From Chitinophagales bacterium (GTDB lineage: Bacteria; Bacteroidota; Bacteroidia; Chitinophagales; Saprospiraceae), in assembly GCA_013298955.1 (NCBI GenBank), contig JAAFJT010000007.1, positions 21,160 through 85,159 of the forward strand: 64,000 bases of DNA. The letters run 5' to 3'. The notes beneath the pieces were generated by a model. The model made no database searches. It saw only the letters and a program-made list of their open reading frames with translations, and had not been told where the DNA came from. Made by a program: the position numbers and the translations under genes. Position 1 is the stretch's first letter; the number at the start of each line of letters is the position of its first letter. Shown here piece by piece: positions 1 to 9,465 of the stretch.

Positions 1-593
1 ACGTGATTCGGATTCAGCACCCTCATTTATTGGATACCTATGTGGCACGTTCCAACAAAGTTGTTTTGGAACAATTGGATAGTTTGGAGCGCATCTTGAA
101 AGAATTTTCGGATTTGGCAAAAATGCCGCAAGCGAATAGTGAAGAATTTGTGTTAAATGATTTGATACAATCCGTTTTTACCCTGTTTGGTTATCGACGC
201 AATGACGTAGAATTGGATTTATATATGCCAGATTTAAAATTCGCTGTTTATGCCGACCGCAATTTATTGACGGGTGCTTTAAATAATTTATTAATCAATG
301 CGGCACAAGCGATTCCTGCGAATCAAAAAGGTAAAATTGATGTCAATGTATATCGCCGCGACCGTTCTGTGGTGATTAAAATTACGGATAATGGTTCTGG
401 GATTCCGAAAGATATTCAAGAAAAGATTTTCAAACCGAATTTTACCACCAAATCTTATGGTTCTGGTTTAGGGTTACTGATTACTAAAAATATTGTAGAA
501 TCGGTCAATGGGAAATTATATTTTGAAACCGAAGAAAACGTTGGAACCAGTTTCTTTTTAGAATTGGATATTCAAAGCATTATTCCAATATAG
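1..593 (+). CDS. sensor histidine kinase, C-terminal catalytic (HATPase_c) part; 5' end lies outside the window
   Basis: The frame is open to the window edge. N box LNNLLINAAQA, G1 box ITDNGSGIP, F box FKPNFTTK, G2 box GSGLGLLITK. Confidence 0.85.
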   Translation, partial: VIRIQHPHLLDTYVARSNKVVLEQLDSLERILKEFSDLAKMPQANSEEFVLNDLIQSVFTLFGYRRNDVELDLYMPDLKFAVYADRNLLTGALNNLLINAAQAIPANQKGKIDVNVYRRDRSVVIKITDNGSGIPKDIQEKIFKPNFTTKSYGSGLGLLITKNIVESVNGKLYFETEENVGTSFFLELDIQSIIPI

Positions 594-775
594 AAATGGT
601 TATGTGAAGGCGGGTATATTGGAACGCGGATGACACGGATAGGGCGGATTCTCGCGGATTTTTTAGTTTTATACTTGAAAAATAAAATAAAATTTTGTAT
701 AAAATAGAAATCCGCGAGAATCCGCCCTATCCGTGTCATCCGCGTTCCAATATACCCGCCTTCACATAACCATTT
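594..775. repeat. CGGAT-family long palindromic element, copy A (68-nt perfect arms, 46-nt AT-rich loop)
   Basis: 594-661 (AAATGGTTATGTGAAGGCGGGTATATTGGAACGCGGATGACACGGATAGGGCGGATTCTCGCGGATTT) is the exact reverse complement of 708-775. The element starts 1 nt after the kinase stop codon. Confidence 0.9.
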
Positions 776-831
776 ATAGAGCTTGCTAAAATACCATTTT
801 TAGGGTATTTTAAATCTCACCCATTTCCTAC

Positions 832-839
832 TATATTTG
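832..839 (+). promoter_or_regulatory. Bacteroidota-type -7 promoter box (TAnnTTTG)
   Basis: TATATTTG upstream of the 952 ATG. Motif match only. Confidence 0.3.
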
Positions 840-951
840 CAGTATGTTCCCATGACACCTGCAATTTTCCCTCCCTATTGCGCTGCTTCTCCCCCAAGAA
901 GCCTTGTCGGTTTGCCATCTTACGATTCAATTCAAGAAACCGTTTAAAATT

Positions 952-3135
952 ATGATTCTAAAACTACCATTCAAGGGTATGACGACCCTTTTATTGGCTT
1001 GTACCGCAACTTGCCTGCTTGCACAAGCACCTACTGCTTCGTTTGCGACGTGGAAAGACAATCGAAAAGCAGCCTATTCTATTATTCATGACGATTTTGG
1101 GGATGTTACAACTGCTGGTATTGGCGATTATGGCGATACGATTGCGCACAATCGAGGGATAAAATTGGTTTTTGGAGCGATTACCTCAACTTGTGAAGCC
1201 AGTGACTGGGCGATTGCGCGGCGTATGATTGGTCATGGGCATGAAGTGATTAATCATTCTCATAATCATCGTTGTGCGGTGGCGCAAGATTGGTGTACGA
1301 ATGTGTATGGTGCAGCCGATTATGGGGTCGAATTGGACACAAGTACGGCTCAAATTCAGCGCGGAACAGGTCAAAGACCTCGTTTTTTCATCAATCCCTA
1401 TGATTTATCAACGCCCGGTATCATTGCGCACCTTAAAACATTGGGCTATTTAGGGGATAGAGCAGGTACGCAAGAGGCATTGAACACGAAAAATTTTACT
1501 GATTTTTTTCATTTAAATTACCATGTTTTTAATGAAACAGGCACGCTTGCGCAACTCAATCAAGCCGTTACGGATGCGATTGCAGCACAAGGTTACGCGA
1601 TTCGAGAATTGCATGGCATTGAAGATGTTTCTTGGGGACGTGTTTCGTTAGCCAACTATCGGGCGCATTTAAATTTTGTACAGCAACAAATGTTGGCACA
1701 TAAAATTTGGTCTGGTACGTTGAGTGAAGTGGTGACTTATAAAATGCAGCGCGATGCGTTCAATCCGACTTTGAATGTCAATCCGATTAGCAATGTGATT
1801 CGGGTTGATTTTACTCAAACCAAAAAACTGGATGAAAGCGTTCTAAAAACGCCTGTTACCATCAATGTCAAATTAAATGGTTGGAAATATAAAGGTCCGA
1901 TAACGGTTGTCCAAAATGGAGTGGTGATTCGAGACTTTACGATTTCCAATGATACGATTGCCATCAATGCTTATCCGCACAAAGGCACGATTTTGATAAA
2001 TGCTGCTTTTGCGGCTTGTCCTTCTTGCATTCCTTTTTCTTGCGCCCCGAATGGCAAGTTGAATGCGCAACTTTGGACGAATTTAACGCTGCGCAATTCT
2101 AATTTGCGGGATTTGACAACGGATCCGCGTTACCCGAATTTGCCAACCCGTACCGATACCCTTGTTTTGCCCAATTTTTCACGGGGTGATTTAGGCAATA
2201 AATATGGAGAACGGGTGCGCGGTTACATCATGCCGCCTGTAACAGGTCTTTATGTTTTTACAGTAACAGGGAGTGATGATGTCGAATTGTATTTGAGCAA
2301 TAACAGTCAAACAGGTGGTAAAGTCAAAATTGCTGGTTTCACAGGAACGACTACGCCCAATCAATACACCAAATACACTGGACAAAATTCTAAACCGATT
2401 TTGTTGCAAGCGGGCGTACAGTATTATGTAGAAGCATTGCATATCGGTTTATTAGGTGCAAGTAACGCATTCAGAGTCCATTGGACGCTTCCGGGTAGCC
2501 CATTTCGGACGACTGTGGATAATGATTTTTTTAGTTCGGATGATTGTAATCCCTTAACTATTCTAAGGGCAAATTCAGAAAAACGAGAAGATGTATTTGT
2601 TTTTCAAGGATTTAAATATGATGGTAAATCGGTATTGAATTGGGTCAGCACAGGCGGGGAGGCGAATGATTATTTTTCCATTGAAAAATTGGATAAAACA
2701 GGCGTTTTCAAAACATTGGATGTTGCCAATGCTGCGGCGCAACAAGGTGAAGTGCGTCGTTTTGAATACGTTGATGCGAAACCTGAAATAGGTGATAATT
2801 ATTATCGAGTACGGCTGATTAAACAAAATGGATTAGAAAAATTAAGCGAAATTACCAAATTAAATTTTGAAGACCCGCATGATTTATACTTGTATCCCAA
2901 TCCTGCGCGCCAATATATTTCTTTAAATTTGAAGGCTTGGGAAGATATGAGCGCGACGGTTTATATTTACAATGCTTTTGGTATGGTATTGCAACAAATG
3001 GATTTACAAAATATTAGTGATAAACCTTATTTAATCAATTTTGAGGAACATTGGGGACAAGGACAATATTTTATTCGAGTGGCTACTTTGGGCAGGAAAG
3101 ATGTGGTTAAACCATTCATTTTACTTGGAGAATAA
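952..3135 (+). CDS. secreted polysaccharide deacetylase (NodB/CE4-like) with a PA14 domain and a T9SS C-terminal sorting domain
   Basis: Signal peptide MILKLPFKGMTTLLLACTATCLLAQA begins at ATG 952 (the track ORF starts at an upstream TTG, 904). IHDDFGD and NHSHNH are deacetylase-type metal motifs. GERVRGYIMPPVTGLYVFTVTGSDDVELYLS is PA14-like. The C-terminal LYLYPNPARQYISLNL...FILL is a Por/T9SS tail. Confidence 0.7.
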   Translation: MILKLPFKGMTTLLLACTATCLLAQAPTASFATWKDNRKAAYSIIHDDFGDVTTAGIGDYGDTIAHNRGIKLVFGAITSTCEASDWAIARRMIGHGHEVINHSHNHRCAVAQDWCTNVYGAADYGVELDTSTAQIQRGTGQRPRFFINPYDLSTPGIIAHLKTLGYLGDRAGTQEALNTKNFTDFFHLNYHVFNETGTLAQLNQAVTDAIAAQGYAIRELHGIEDVSWGRVSLANYRAHLNFVQQQMLAHKIWSGTLSEVVTYKMQRDAFNPTLNVNPISNVIRVDFTQTKKLDESVLKTPVTINVKLNGWKYKGPITVVQNGVVIRDFTISNDTIAINAYPHKGTILINAAFAACPSCIPFSCAPNGKLNAQLWTNLTLRNSNLRDLTTDPRYPNLPTRTDTLVLPNFSRGDLGNKYGERVRGYIMPPVTGLYVFTVTGSDDVELYLSNNSQTGGKVKIAGFTGTTTPNQYTKYTGQNSKPILLQAGVQYYVEALHIGLLGASNAFRVHWTLPGSPFRTTVDNDFFSSDDCNPLTILRANSEKREDVFVFQGFKYDGKSVLNWVSTGGEANDYFSIEKLDKTGVFKTLDVANAAAQQGEVRRFEYVDAKPEIGDNYYRVRLIKQNGLEKLSEITKLNFEDPHDLYLYPNPARQYISLNLKAWEDMSATVYIYNAFGMVLQQMDLQNISDKPYLINFEEHWGQGQYFIRVATLGRKDVVKPFILLGE

Positions 3136-3276
3136 TGCTTTTTTTCGTATTATAAATTTTTACAAAAAAAAGAGCTAAAATGCTCATAAAGCAATGAAAC
3201 TAAAACGATTGGCGCGATTATTGATAACTTAAATATAGTAAGTTTTGGTTAAAGAATTGTAAAATTCGTTTTGAGA

Positions 3277-3306
3277 AGCCTGTGGTTCATATCACAGGCT
3301 TTTTTG
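3277..3306 (+). terminator. intrinsic terminator candidate downstream of the deacetylase gene (copy 1)
   Basis: AGCCTGTG-gttcatat-CACAGGCT followed by TTTTTT. Confidence 0.6.
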
Positions 3307-3398
3307 TTTTTATTTGATTCAAATAATAATTTGGCATCATTCTTGACCTATTACAAATAGTAAGTTTTGGTTAAAGAATTGTAAAATTCGTTTTGAGA

Positions 3399-3428
3399 AG
3401 CCTGTGGTTCATATCACAGGCTTTTTTG
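3399..3428 (+). terminator. intrinsic terminator candidate (copy 2 of the duplicated module)
   Basis: Same hairpin plus T-run as 3277-3306. It lies about 20 nt from the GH32 stop on the opposite strand. Confidence 0.5.
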
Positions 3429-3448
3429 TTTATTTTTGAAGTCAAAAA

Positions 3449-5002
3449 CTATTTTAATTGCCAAAAAGTACCTTCTATCAATTGTGCCGCCCCATTTTTA
3501 CTAAATAAAGTGGTCGTTTTAAAATCTTCATTGGGAAAAAATACATCCGTCATCACCGTCTCGCCGTCATCTGCAAATAATTCGGCAGCAGACACGTCCA
3601 TATGAATATTCATTTTTAAAATTGGGTTCACACTACTGCGCGGCGCGTAATGTCGCCCTGCAAAATGCGGCTCAAAATCCACTTTACCGCTTTCAGTGCG
3701 GTCTATGAAAAATCGATTGGTCGTCTTTTCGTAACCAATCAAGACTTTTTCTCCTTTGGAATTAGACAGCATTAAACCCAATTCAGTAGCATTCGTTTGA
3801 TTTAAATCAAAGTTTAAATTCAATTCATTACACGGATTATCAATGTTTAAAACATTATTTGTAATAATACTTTGTTTTTTAATTGTTGTTTTGGAACCTT
3901 TGAGCAAACGTTGTTCTGCCACAGGTTTTTGAAATAAACGAGTCCCTTTTGGCGTATTTTTTAAAACCAATTCACGCGGCAACGTCATTGCGCTGCGCCA
4001 ATTTTGAGTGGGAACTTTCATGGCATATTGCCAATTGCTCATCCAACCTAAGAAAATCCTGCGCTGATTCGGTGCGCCATACCAAGTTACACCCGCATAA
4101 TTATCGCGCCCATAGTCCAACCAATGAATTTCAGAGGGTTTTGCATCATTTTTGAAGGTTTTTCCATCAAATTGCCCTATAAAATACTGTGTTCCAGAAC
4201 CACCATTCGGCGCACCATTGCCAATGCTGACGATTAAAACCCATTTTTCGGTATTTTCACCTTCCATTTTGAGGGGAAATAAATCAGGGCATTCCCAAAC
4301 ACCGCCCGTAACGACATCATGTGCGCCTTCTTTTTGACCAAATTCACCTACTTGTGCCCAATTTTTAAGGTTTTTCGACGCATAAAAAACGACATAATTG
4401 CCCACTGCCAAAGTCATAATCCATTGTTTAGACGCTTCATGCCAAATCACTTTGGGGTCTCTAAAATCGCGTAAATGGGGATTTTGAATCACAGGATTAT
4501 CCGCATATTTCGTCCAAGTGCGCCCTTTGTCAAGGCTGTAAGCGATACCTTGCGTTTGAAAATCGTTTTTACCCGCTTTTTCTCCCTTCAAATCATGGTA
4601 CGTGAAAAGAGCCACTAAGGGTTTTTCAATGCCTTTTTGAAAACCACTCGTATTTTGTTCGTCAATCACCACACTACCCGAGAAAATCAACCCATTTTTA
4701 TCGGGATACAAGGCAATGGGCAAATGTTCCCAGTGCATCAAATCTTTGCTAATCGCATGTCCCCAATGCATCGGACCCCAAACGGTACTATCAGGATAAT
4801 ATTGATAAAAAAGATGATATTCATCTTTGTAATACACCATTCCATTCGGGTCATTCATCCATTTTTGGGGTGGCGTGAAATGAAATTGGGGGCGATGTTG
4901 TTCGTTGAGCGTCGTTTTTAAACCCATTGCAGGCTGCATGGCAGGTTTAGAACAACCTGCCATGAGGCAAACCAGACTATAGATTCCAATCCATTTTTTC
5001 AT
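3449..5002 (-). CDS. glycoside hydrolase family 32 (beta-fructofuranosidase/levanase type), lipoprotein
   Basis: WMNDPNGMVYYKDEYHLFYQYYP (GH32 nucleophile motif), FRDPKV, WECPDLF. N-terminal MKKWIGIYSLVCLMAGC lipobox. Confidence 0.9.
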   Translation of the reverse strand: MKKWIGIYSLVCLMAGCSKPAMQPAMGLKTTLNEQHRPQFHFTPPQKWMNDPNGMVYYKDEYHLFYQYYPDSTVWGPMHWGHAISKDLMHWEHLPIALYPDKNGLIFSGSVVIDEQNTSGFQKGIEKPLVALFTYHDLKGEKAGKNDFQTQGIAYSLDKGRTWTKYADNPVIQNPHLRDFRDPKVIWHEASKQWIMTLAVGNYVVFYASKNLKNWAQVGEFGQKEGAHDVVTGGVWECPDLFPLKMEGENTEKWVLIVSIGNGAPNGGSGTQYFIGQFDGKTFKNDAKPSEIHWLDYGRDNYAGVTWYGAPNQRRIFLGWMSNWQYAMKVPTQNWRSAMTLPRELVLKNTPKGTRLFQKPVAEQRLLKGSKTTIKKQSIITNNVLNIDNPCNELNLNFDLNQTNATELGLMLSNSKGEKVLIGYEKTTNRFFIDRTESGKVDFEPHFAGRHYAPRSSVNPILKMNIHMDVSAAELFADDGETVMTDVFFPNEDFKTTTLFSKNGAAQLIEGTFWQLK

Positions 5003-5034
5003 AATATAATGGTTCGTGAAAAAATATTAAAACA

Positions 5035-8000
5035 TTACATATAAGGCTTATCGCAATCTGCAATCGCCATTTTCAATTTTTGGGTTTCTGCATTCGCATC
5101 GCGCCACCAATCATAAGACCAAATGCTAATAATCGACACTTGCATTGCCGTCAATTGGTTCAAAATCCGCCTTTCCAAATCGGCATTAAACGGCATGCCT
5201 TTCAATGCGTCATCCGTAAAACGCCCATCAATCCGAATTACAATCGGCGTTTGATTGACATAACGCGGTGTAATGACCAACATAAATCGTTGATTATCAA
5301 TTGGATAATCAAAATGAATGTGTCGCGAACCAATATCTTGTCCAATAATTTTAGCAATTTGGAGGACGAATGGCGATGGCTTTTCATCCTTAAAACGAGC
5401 GTAACGCTTGCGCAAACTTTCTAAGATGTACTGATACCGCGCTGTTTCTCCTTTTTGTGCAAATTCAAAATAAAACAAAATATTTGAAATCAAATAAGGC
5501 ACTTCCTTTTCAGGTAGTTCTGCGGCATTGCGCAAATCGCTTTTTTGAACGGAATTGACCCAATAAATTTTTTGCGTAAAACTATTTGCAATCATCCGCA
5601 ATTGTCGCTGATTCATCACAAATTGGTCTAATTGATGATACGTGCCACTCACAACGACGACATCAAATTGCAATCCAACCATTTCATCCACACTATAAAT
5701 CCCCAAACCATTGCGTTGCAAATGTTCAATCTTTTCCCAACCAAACAATGTTTTTTGTACAATATTTAACAAAATGGCATTCAATGAATTGCGTTGTTGT
5801 TTGGTCATCGTAACTACGCCAATACGCGGATACGTTTTCCAAGGCGTTGCATTGATTTCTTGCAAAATGCGGACGATTTCGGCAATTTCGGCTTCATTCG
5901 TTTGCGTGATTTCATGCATACGTCCGTTTTGAACATGAACGACTTTCGCCGCCTGTTCACCCAATGTATGACTCATCGGCAACCGCATATCGGGATAAAA
6001 AATCGCCCGATTCAAAGCCCGCACCGATTCGCTGACGTGCCGATGTAAATGATTCAAACGCACGGTCGGCGCACCCACCGCCTTCGCATACGCCGCCAAA
6101 GAAGCCACATCCCAATCTTCTACGGCTGCAATCATTTGATTGGAGGTGTTTTCACATAAGGCAACAACGCCATCTGTATTCTGCATCAAATCCTCAATCG
6201 ATTCTTTTGCAATGAGATGTGCATTTTCAAAAATAATATTTGTAAATAACGTACCTTCTCCTTTCAATAACGCCGTCGCAACCGCAGGCGGCATCAACAA
6301 CACAGGATAAATTTCAGATAACGATTCTGTATTGGTTTTTAAAATTTGTTGAAGCGATGATTGCTTGGTTAACGCAATATTATTTGCATCAAAAAAATGT
6401 TTATAAGTGGGCGGATTATGCTTTTTTAATTGCCGAATCACTTCATTTTTGCGTTCCTGCCAAAGCAAGGCAATCTGCGCAGGAAACATTTTGCGCAATT
6501 TATCACTGGCATCCATCAATTGTTGGGCTAAATCATCGCCAGTCGTTATATCTCTTTGATTATAAACAACTAAAATATTATGAAAATACCAGCTTTGAAA
6601 AGCCGATAACCAATCAGGCGGTTTCACTTTGACAATCGCTTTGACAATTTGTTTGCCTTTTTCGGACATTGCCAACCAATGTTCCTGCCATTGAAAAAAA
6701 GTATCGAAATCACGCAAATTTTGTTTGGTTTGTTCCAATCGTTCCAACGTTTCTTCTACAAAAAGTTGTCGTTTGGGCAACGATTGCACTTTATGGCTAA
6801 TCGGCGACTCGTATAAATGAATCCCATTCAATTCGGACAACAAATCTTCCAATTCATGTTCTAAGGCAACCACGCGTTGCGCAAAATGTGGGTCCAGATG
6901 TGCCGCCGTTTTGCCATTCAATCGATTGATTTGTTCTTGCACCATGCTTGGCAAAACCGCCCGCCATTGTTGCAACGAAACTTCAAAAACTTCTAAATTG
7001 GTACGCAAAAGCGGTACATTTTTGCGCTCATGCCCTTCTAAAAAAGGATGTTCAAAATATTTATACTCGCGACTATTAAAAATATCACGCAATTTTTGAT
7101 AAGCCAAAACCATTTTCTCCCGTGATTCTAAAATCGCTTTAGAACGGTCTGAAAACGCAGACATGATTTGTAAAGCACTGGTTTTCAAGAAGTTAGTAGT
7201 TTCAAAATCATTCCCAAATTGAAACAAATAATCCGAAATATCCTCTTTCAACCGTTGCAATTGTTCATACAATTCAGCATAGTGCATTTCGTAATGGTCG
7301 GTCAATCGTTGCGCATAGGCATCAATCATCCGAATATGCTGATGTTGAATGGCAGATAATTTATTCAAATACGTTTCTACTTTTTCTGCCACAAATCGAT
7401 AACTCATCCCGCCCGAAGCCGCTTGAAATAACGACGGATGCAAACTTGTCAACGGATGTTTCATCGTCCCTGCTTTGACAAACAAACGGTCTGAAGTTTC
7501 AATTTCATTTCTTAAAAAGTCATATTCATCTTCTTTGAATGTAAAATCACTTGGATTTAAATGATTTGTCAATAATTCACGACCCGCAACTTGACTGCTT
7601 TTAACATAACGCCCGACAATATCTGCCCACCGTTCTTGTCCAAAAACAGGTCGATTCAATGCTTCCGTCCGATTGTCCAACCGTTGCAACCATCGTCGCG
7701 CCTGTTTGAGCGTAATCAAATACGATTCGAGGTTGAAAGGTGGATTAGAAACCGTTTTGGTATTAATTTCCTGTCGCAACGAATCCAATAATATTTTTTT
7801 ATCATGCAGCAAATCTTTCAATAAAAAAGTCAGGTTTCCCAATCCATTATCCACAAAATGTTGTTGAATTTGAATCAAAGTTGCCATATCTTTTGCCACA
7901 ATCAAGGTTTTGCGCCCATTCGATGCCGCATTGAGGGCAATATTCGCCGCCAAATGCGTTTTACCCGTCCCATGTCCGCCTTCGGTGATGCTCAATCGTT

Positions 8001-8919
8001 GGCGCAAAATGGTTCTAAATGCGGTTCGTTGTTCTGCATCTTCGGGCAAAAGCGTAAATTCGTGCATTTGTTCCGCCCTGCCGAAAGCCGTAGAAGTGTC
8101 CGCCGTCGGAATTGCCACTTTCATCGTTGATTTAAAAAAAGTCGTTTCGACGACTTGATTTAAACTTTTTTGTTTTAAAAACAACGATTGTGGTTGAAAA
8201 AGTCCTAAAATGCCCGCCCACACAATATCGCCTGATTTCGATAAAACGCTCAATAAAGATGGATTGGGACATTCTCTCAAACCCGCATTTAAATGCAAGG
8301 TTTTATATTTCAAAACCTTTGCTAAATCTTTGGTCAAACTATCAAAAGCATTGATAGAGTAGTTTTTAGAAAGAATAAATTTTTGTAATTTATCTTTTAA
8401 ATCAACTTTATATTTGAGTTGAAAAAATTGCAATAGCGGCTCATTCACCACCAAAGGCGACATTTCATCCCTGCCAATCAGCCAACTATCGCGGCGATTC
8501 GGGTGCGGTTTTAGGTTTAAATACCAAATAAAAAGCGGCGCACTAATCGGCACAGGCTCCATCCCCGAAAACGTATCTTCGTCTATCATCAATGGAAAAC
8601 CAAAAGCGAAGGAATGTTGCCCACTCACTTTTTGGCGATTTCTATTTTCAAAATAAAAATGCCTCAATAATTCTGTATTGTGCAAATCTGCATGCAAATC
8701 CGTTTCCCAAGTACTCGCATTAAAAAAATGTTCCATCCATTTCGTCACGACCGGATAGACGCGATTGAAAAACAAAAATAAATCTGTTTTGTCTTTATCT
8801 AAGGGCAAAATATGCCAATACGGTTGTACAGAGGAGTCGATAGCTGTCGAACTCATAGTATCTAAGTTGTTGATTTTGAATGATAAAGCGTTAAACACAT
8901 AGGTCACATAGGTTTTCAT
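5035..8919 (-). CDS. large SF1 (Upf1/DNA2-like) helicase-family protein with a C-terminal DUF559/REase-like domain
   Basis: Walker A EGGHGTGKTHLAANIAL. Helicase-C-like MVGLQFDVVVVSGTY. C-terminal ..VIRIDGRF..SIISIWSYDWWRDANAE.. resembles Vsr/DUF559-type endonuclease tails of DUF4011/DUF3320 helicases. The first 21 codons are encoded by repeat DNA, so an alternative start at M22 (8856) is plausible. Confidence 0.7.
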   Translation of the reverse strand: MKTYVTYVFNALSFKINNLDTMSSTAIDSSVQPYWHILPLDKDKTDLFLFFNRVYPVVTKWMEHFFNASTWETDLHADLHNTELLRHFYFENRNRQKVSGQHSFAFGFPLMIDEDTFSGMEPVPISAPLFIWYLNLKPHPNRRDSWLIGRDEMSPLVVNEPLLQFFQLKYKVDLKDKLQKFILSKNYSINAFDSLTKDLAKVLKYKTLHLNAGLRECPNPSLLSVLSKSGDIVWAGILGLFQPQSLFLKQKSLNQVVETTFFKSTMKVAIPTADTSTAFGRAEQMHEFTLLPEDAEQRTAFRTILRQRLSITEGGHGTGKTHLAANIALNAASNGRKTLIVAKDMATLIQIQQHFVDNGLGNLTFLLKDLLHDKKILLDSLRQEINTKTVSNPPFNLESYLITLKQARRWLQRLDNRTEALNRPVFGQERWADIVGRYVKSSQVAGRELLTNHLNPSDFTFKEDEYDFLRNEIETSDRLFVKAGTMKHPLTSLHPSLFQAASGGMSYRFVAEKVETYLNKLSAIQHQHIRMIDAYAQRLTDHYEMHYAELYEQLQRLKEDISDYLFQFGNDFETTNFLKTSALQIMSAFSDRSKAILESREKMVLAYQKLRDIFNSREYKYFEHPFLEGHERKNVPLLRTNLEVFEVSLQQWRAVLPSMVQEQINRLNGKTAAHLDPHFAQRVVALEHELEDLLSELNGIHLYESPISHKVQSLPKRQLFVEETLERLEQTKQNLRDFDTFFQWQEHWLAMSEKGKQIVKAIVKVKPPDWLSAFQSWYFHNILVVYNQRDITTGDDLAQQLMDASDKLRKMFPAQIALLWQERKNEVIRQLKKHNPPTYKHFFDANNIALTKQSSLQQILKTNTESLSEIYPVLLMPPAVATALLKGEGTLFTNIIFENAHLIAKESIEDLMQNTDGVVALCENTSNQMIAAVEDWDVASLAAYAKAVGAPTVRLNHLHRHVSESVRALNRAIFYPDMRLPMSHTLGEQAAKVVHVQNGRMHEITQTNEAEIAEIVRILQEINATPWKTYPRIGVVTMTKQQRNSLNAILLNIVQKTLFGWEKIEHLQRNGLGIYSVDEMVGLQFDVVVVSGTYHQLDQFVMNQRQLRMIANSFTQKIYWVNSVQKSDLRNAAELPEKEVPYLISNILFYFEFAQKGETARYQYILESLRKRYARFKDEKPSPFVLQIAKIIGQDIGSRHIHFDYPIDNQRFMLVITPRYVNQTPIVIRIDGRFTDDALKGMPFNADLERRILNQLTAMQVSIISIWSYDWWRDANAETQKLKMAIADCDKPYM

Positions 8920-9465
8920 AGGTCACATAGGGGCGATACGCGCCTATATGTGGTCAGTGTGATACGCGCTAATGCGACCTACATAGGCGCGTATTATACC
9001 TACATATACATAGGCGCGTATAACACTACATAGGCGCGTATAACTACATAGGCGCGTATAATACCTATGTGACCTATAAAGACCTATGTGACCTATGTGT
9101 TTTAGGCGCGTATAACTACATAGGCGCGTATAATACCTATGTGACCTATAAAGACCTATGTGACCTATGTGTTTTAGGCGCGTATAACTACATAGGCGCG
9201 TATAAAAGACCTATGTGACCTATGTGTTTTAGGCGCGTATAACTACATAGGCGCGTATAATACCTATGTGACCTATAAAGACCTATGTGACCTATGTGTT
9301 TTAGGCGCGTATAACTACATAGGCGCGTATAATACCTATGTGACCTATAAAGACCTATGTGACCTATGTGTTTTAGGCGCGTATAACTACATAGGCGCGT
9401 ATAACTACATAGGCGCGTATAACACCTATGTGAGCTATAAAAACCTATGTGACCTATGTGTTTAA
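8891..9465. repeat. repeat island: about 72-bp tandem units built from TAGGCGCGTAT and GACCTAT sub-repeats, bounded by 26-bp perfect (about 42-bp imperfect) inverted repeats
   Basis: TTAAACACATAGGTCACATAGGTTTT (8891-8916) is the exact reverse complement of 9440-9465. Unit starts are spaced 72, 55, 72 and 72 bp (AGGCGCG at 9104, 9176, 9231, 9303, 9375). Confidence 0.9.

Larger units (their letters stand above)
3235..3431 (+). repeat. 75-bp direct repeat x2 (3235-3309 and 3357-3431, period 122 bp), each copy carrying a terminator-like hairpin
   Basis: ATAGTAAGTTTTGGTTAAAGAATTGTAAAATTCGTTTTGAGAAGCCTGTGGTTCATATCACAGGCTTTTTTGTTT occurs twice, identically. Confidence 0.9.

Noticed and set aside
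8920-9465. Regularly spaced repeats that could be mistaken for a CRISPR array
   Set aside because: The units are contiguous tandem repeats with no unique spacers, the segments between repeats are themselves repeats, and there are no cas genes in the window.
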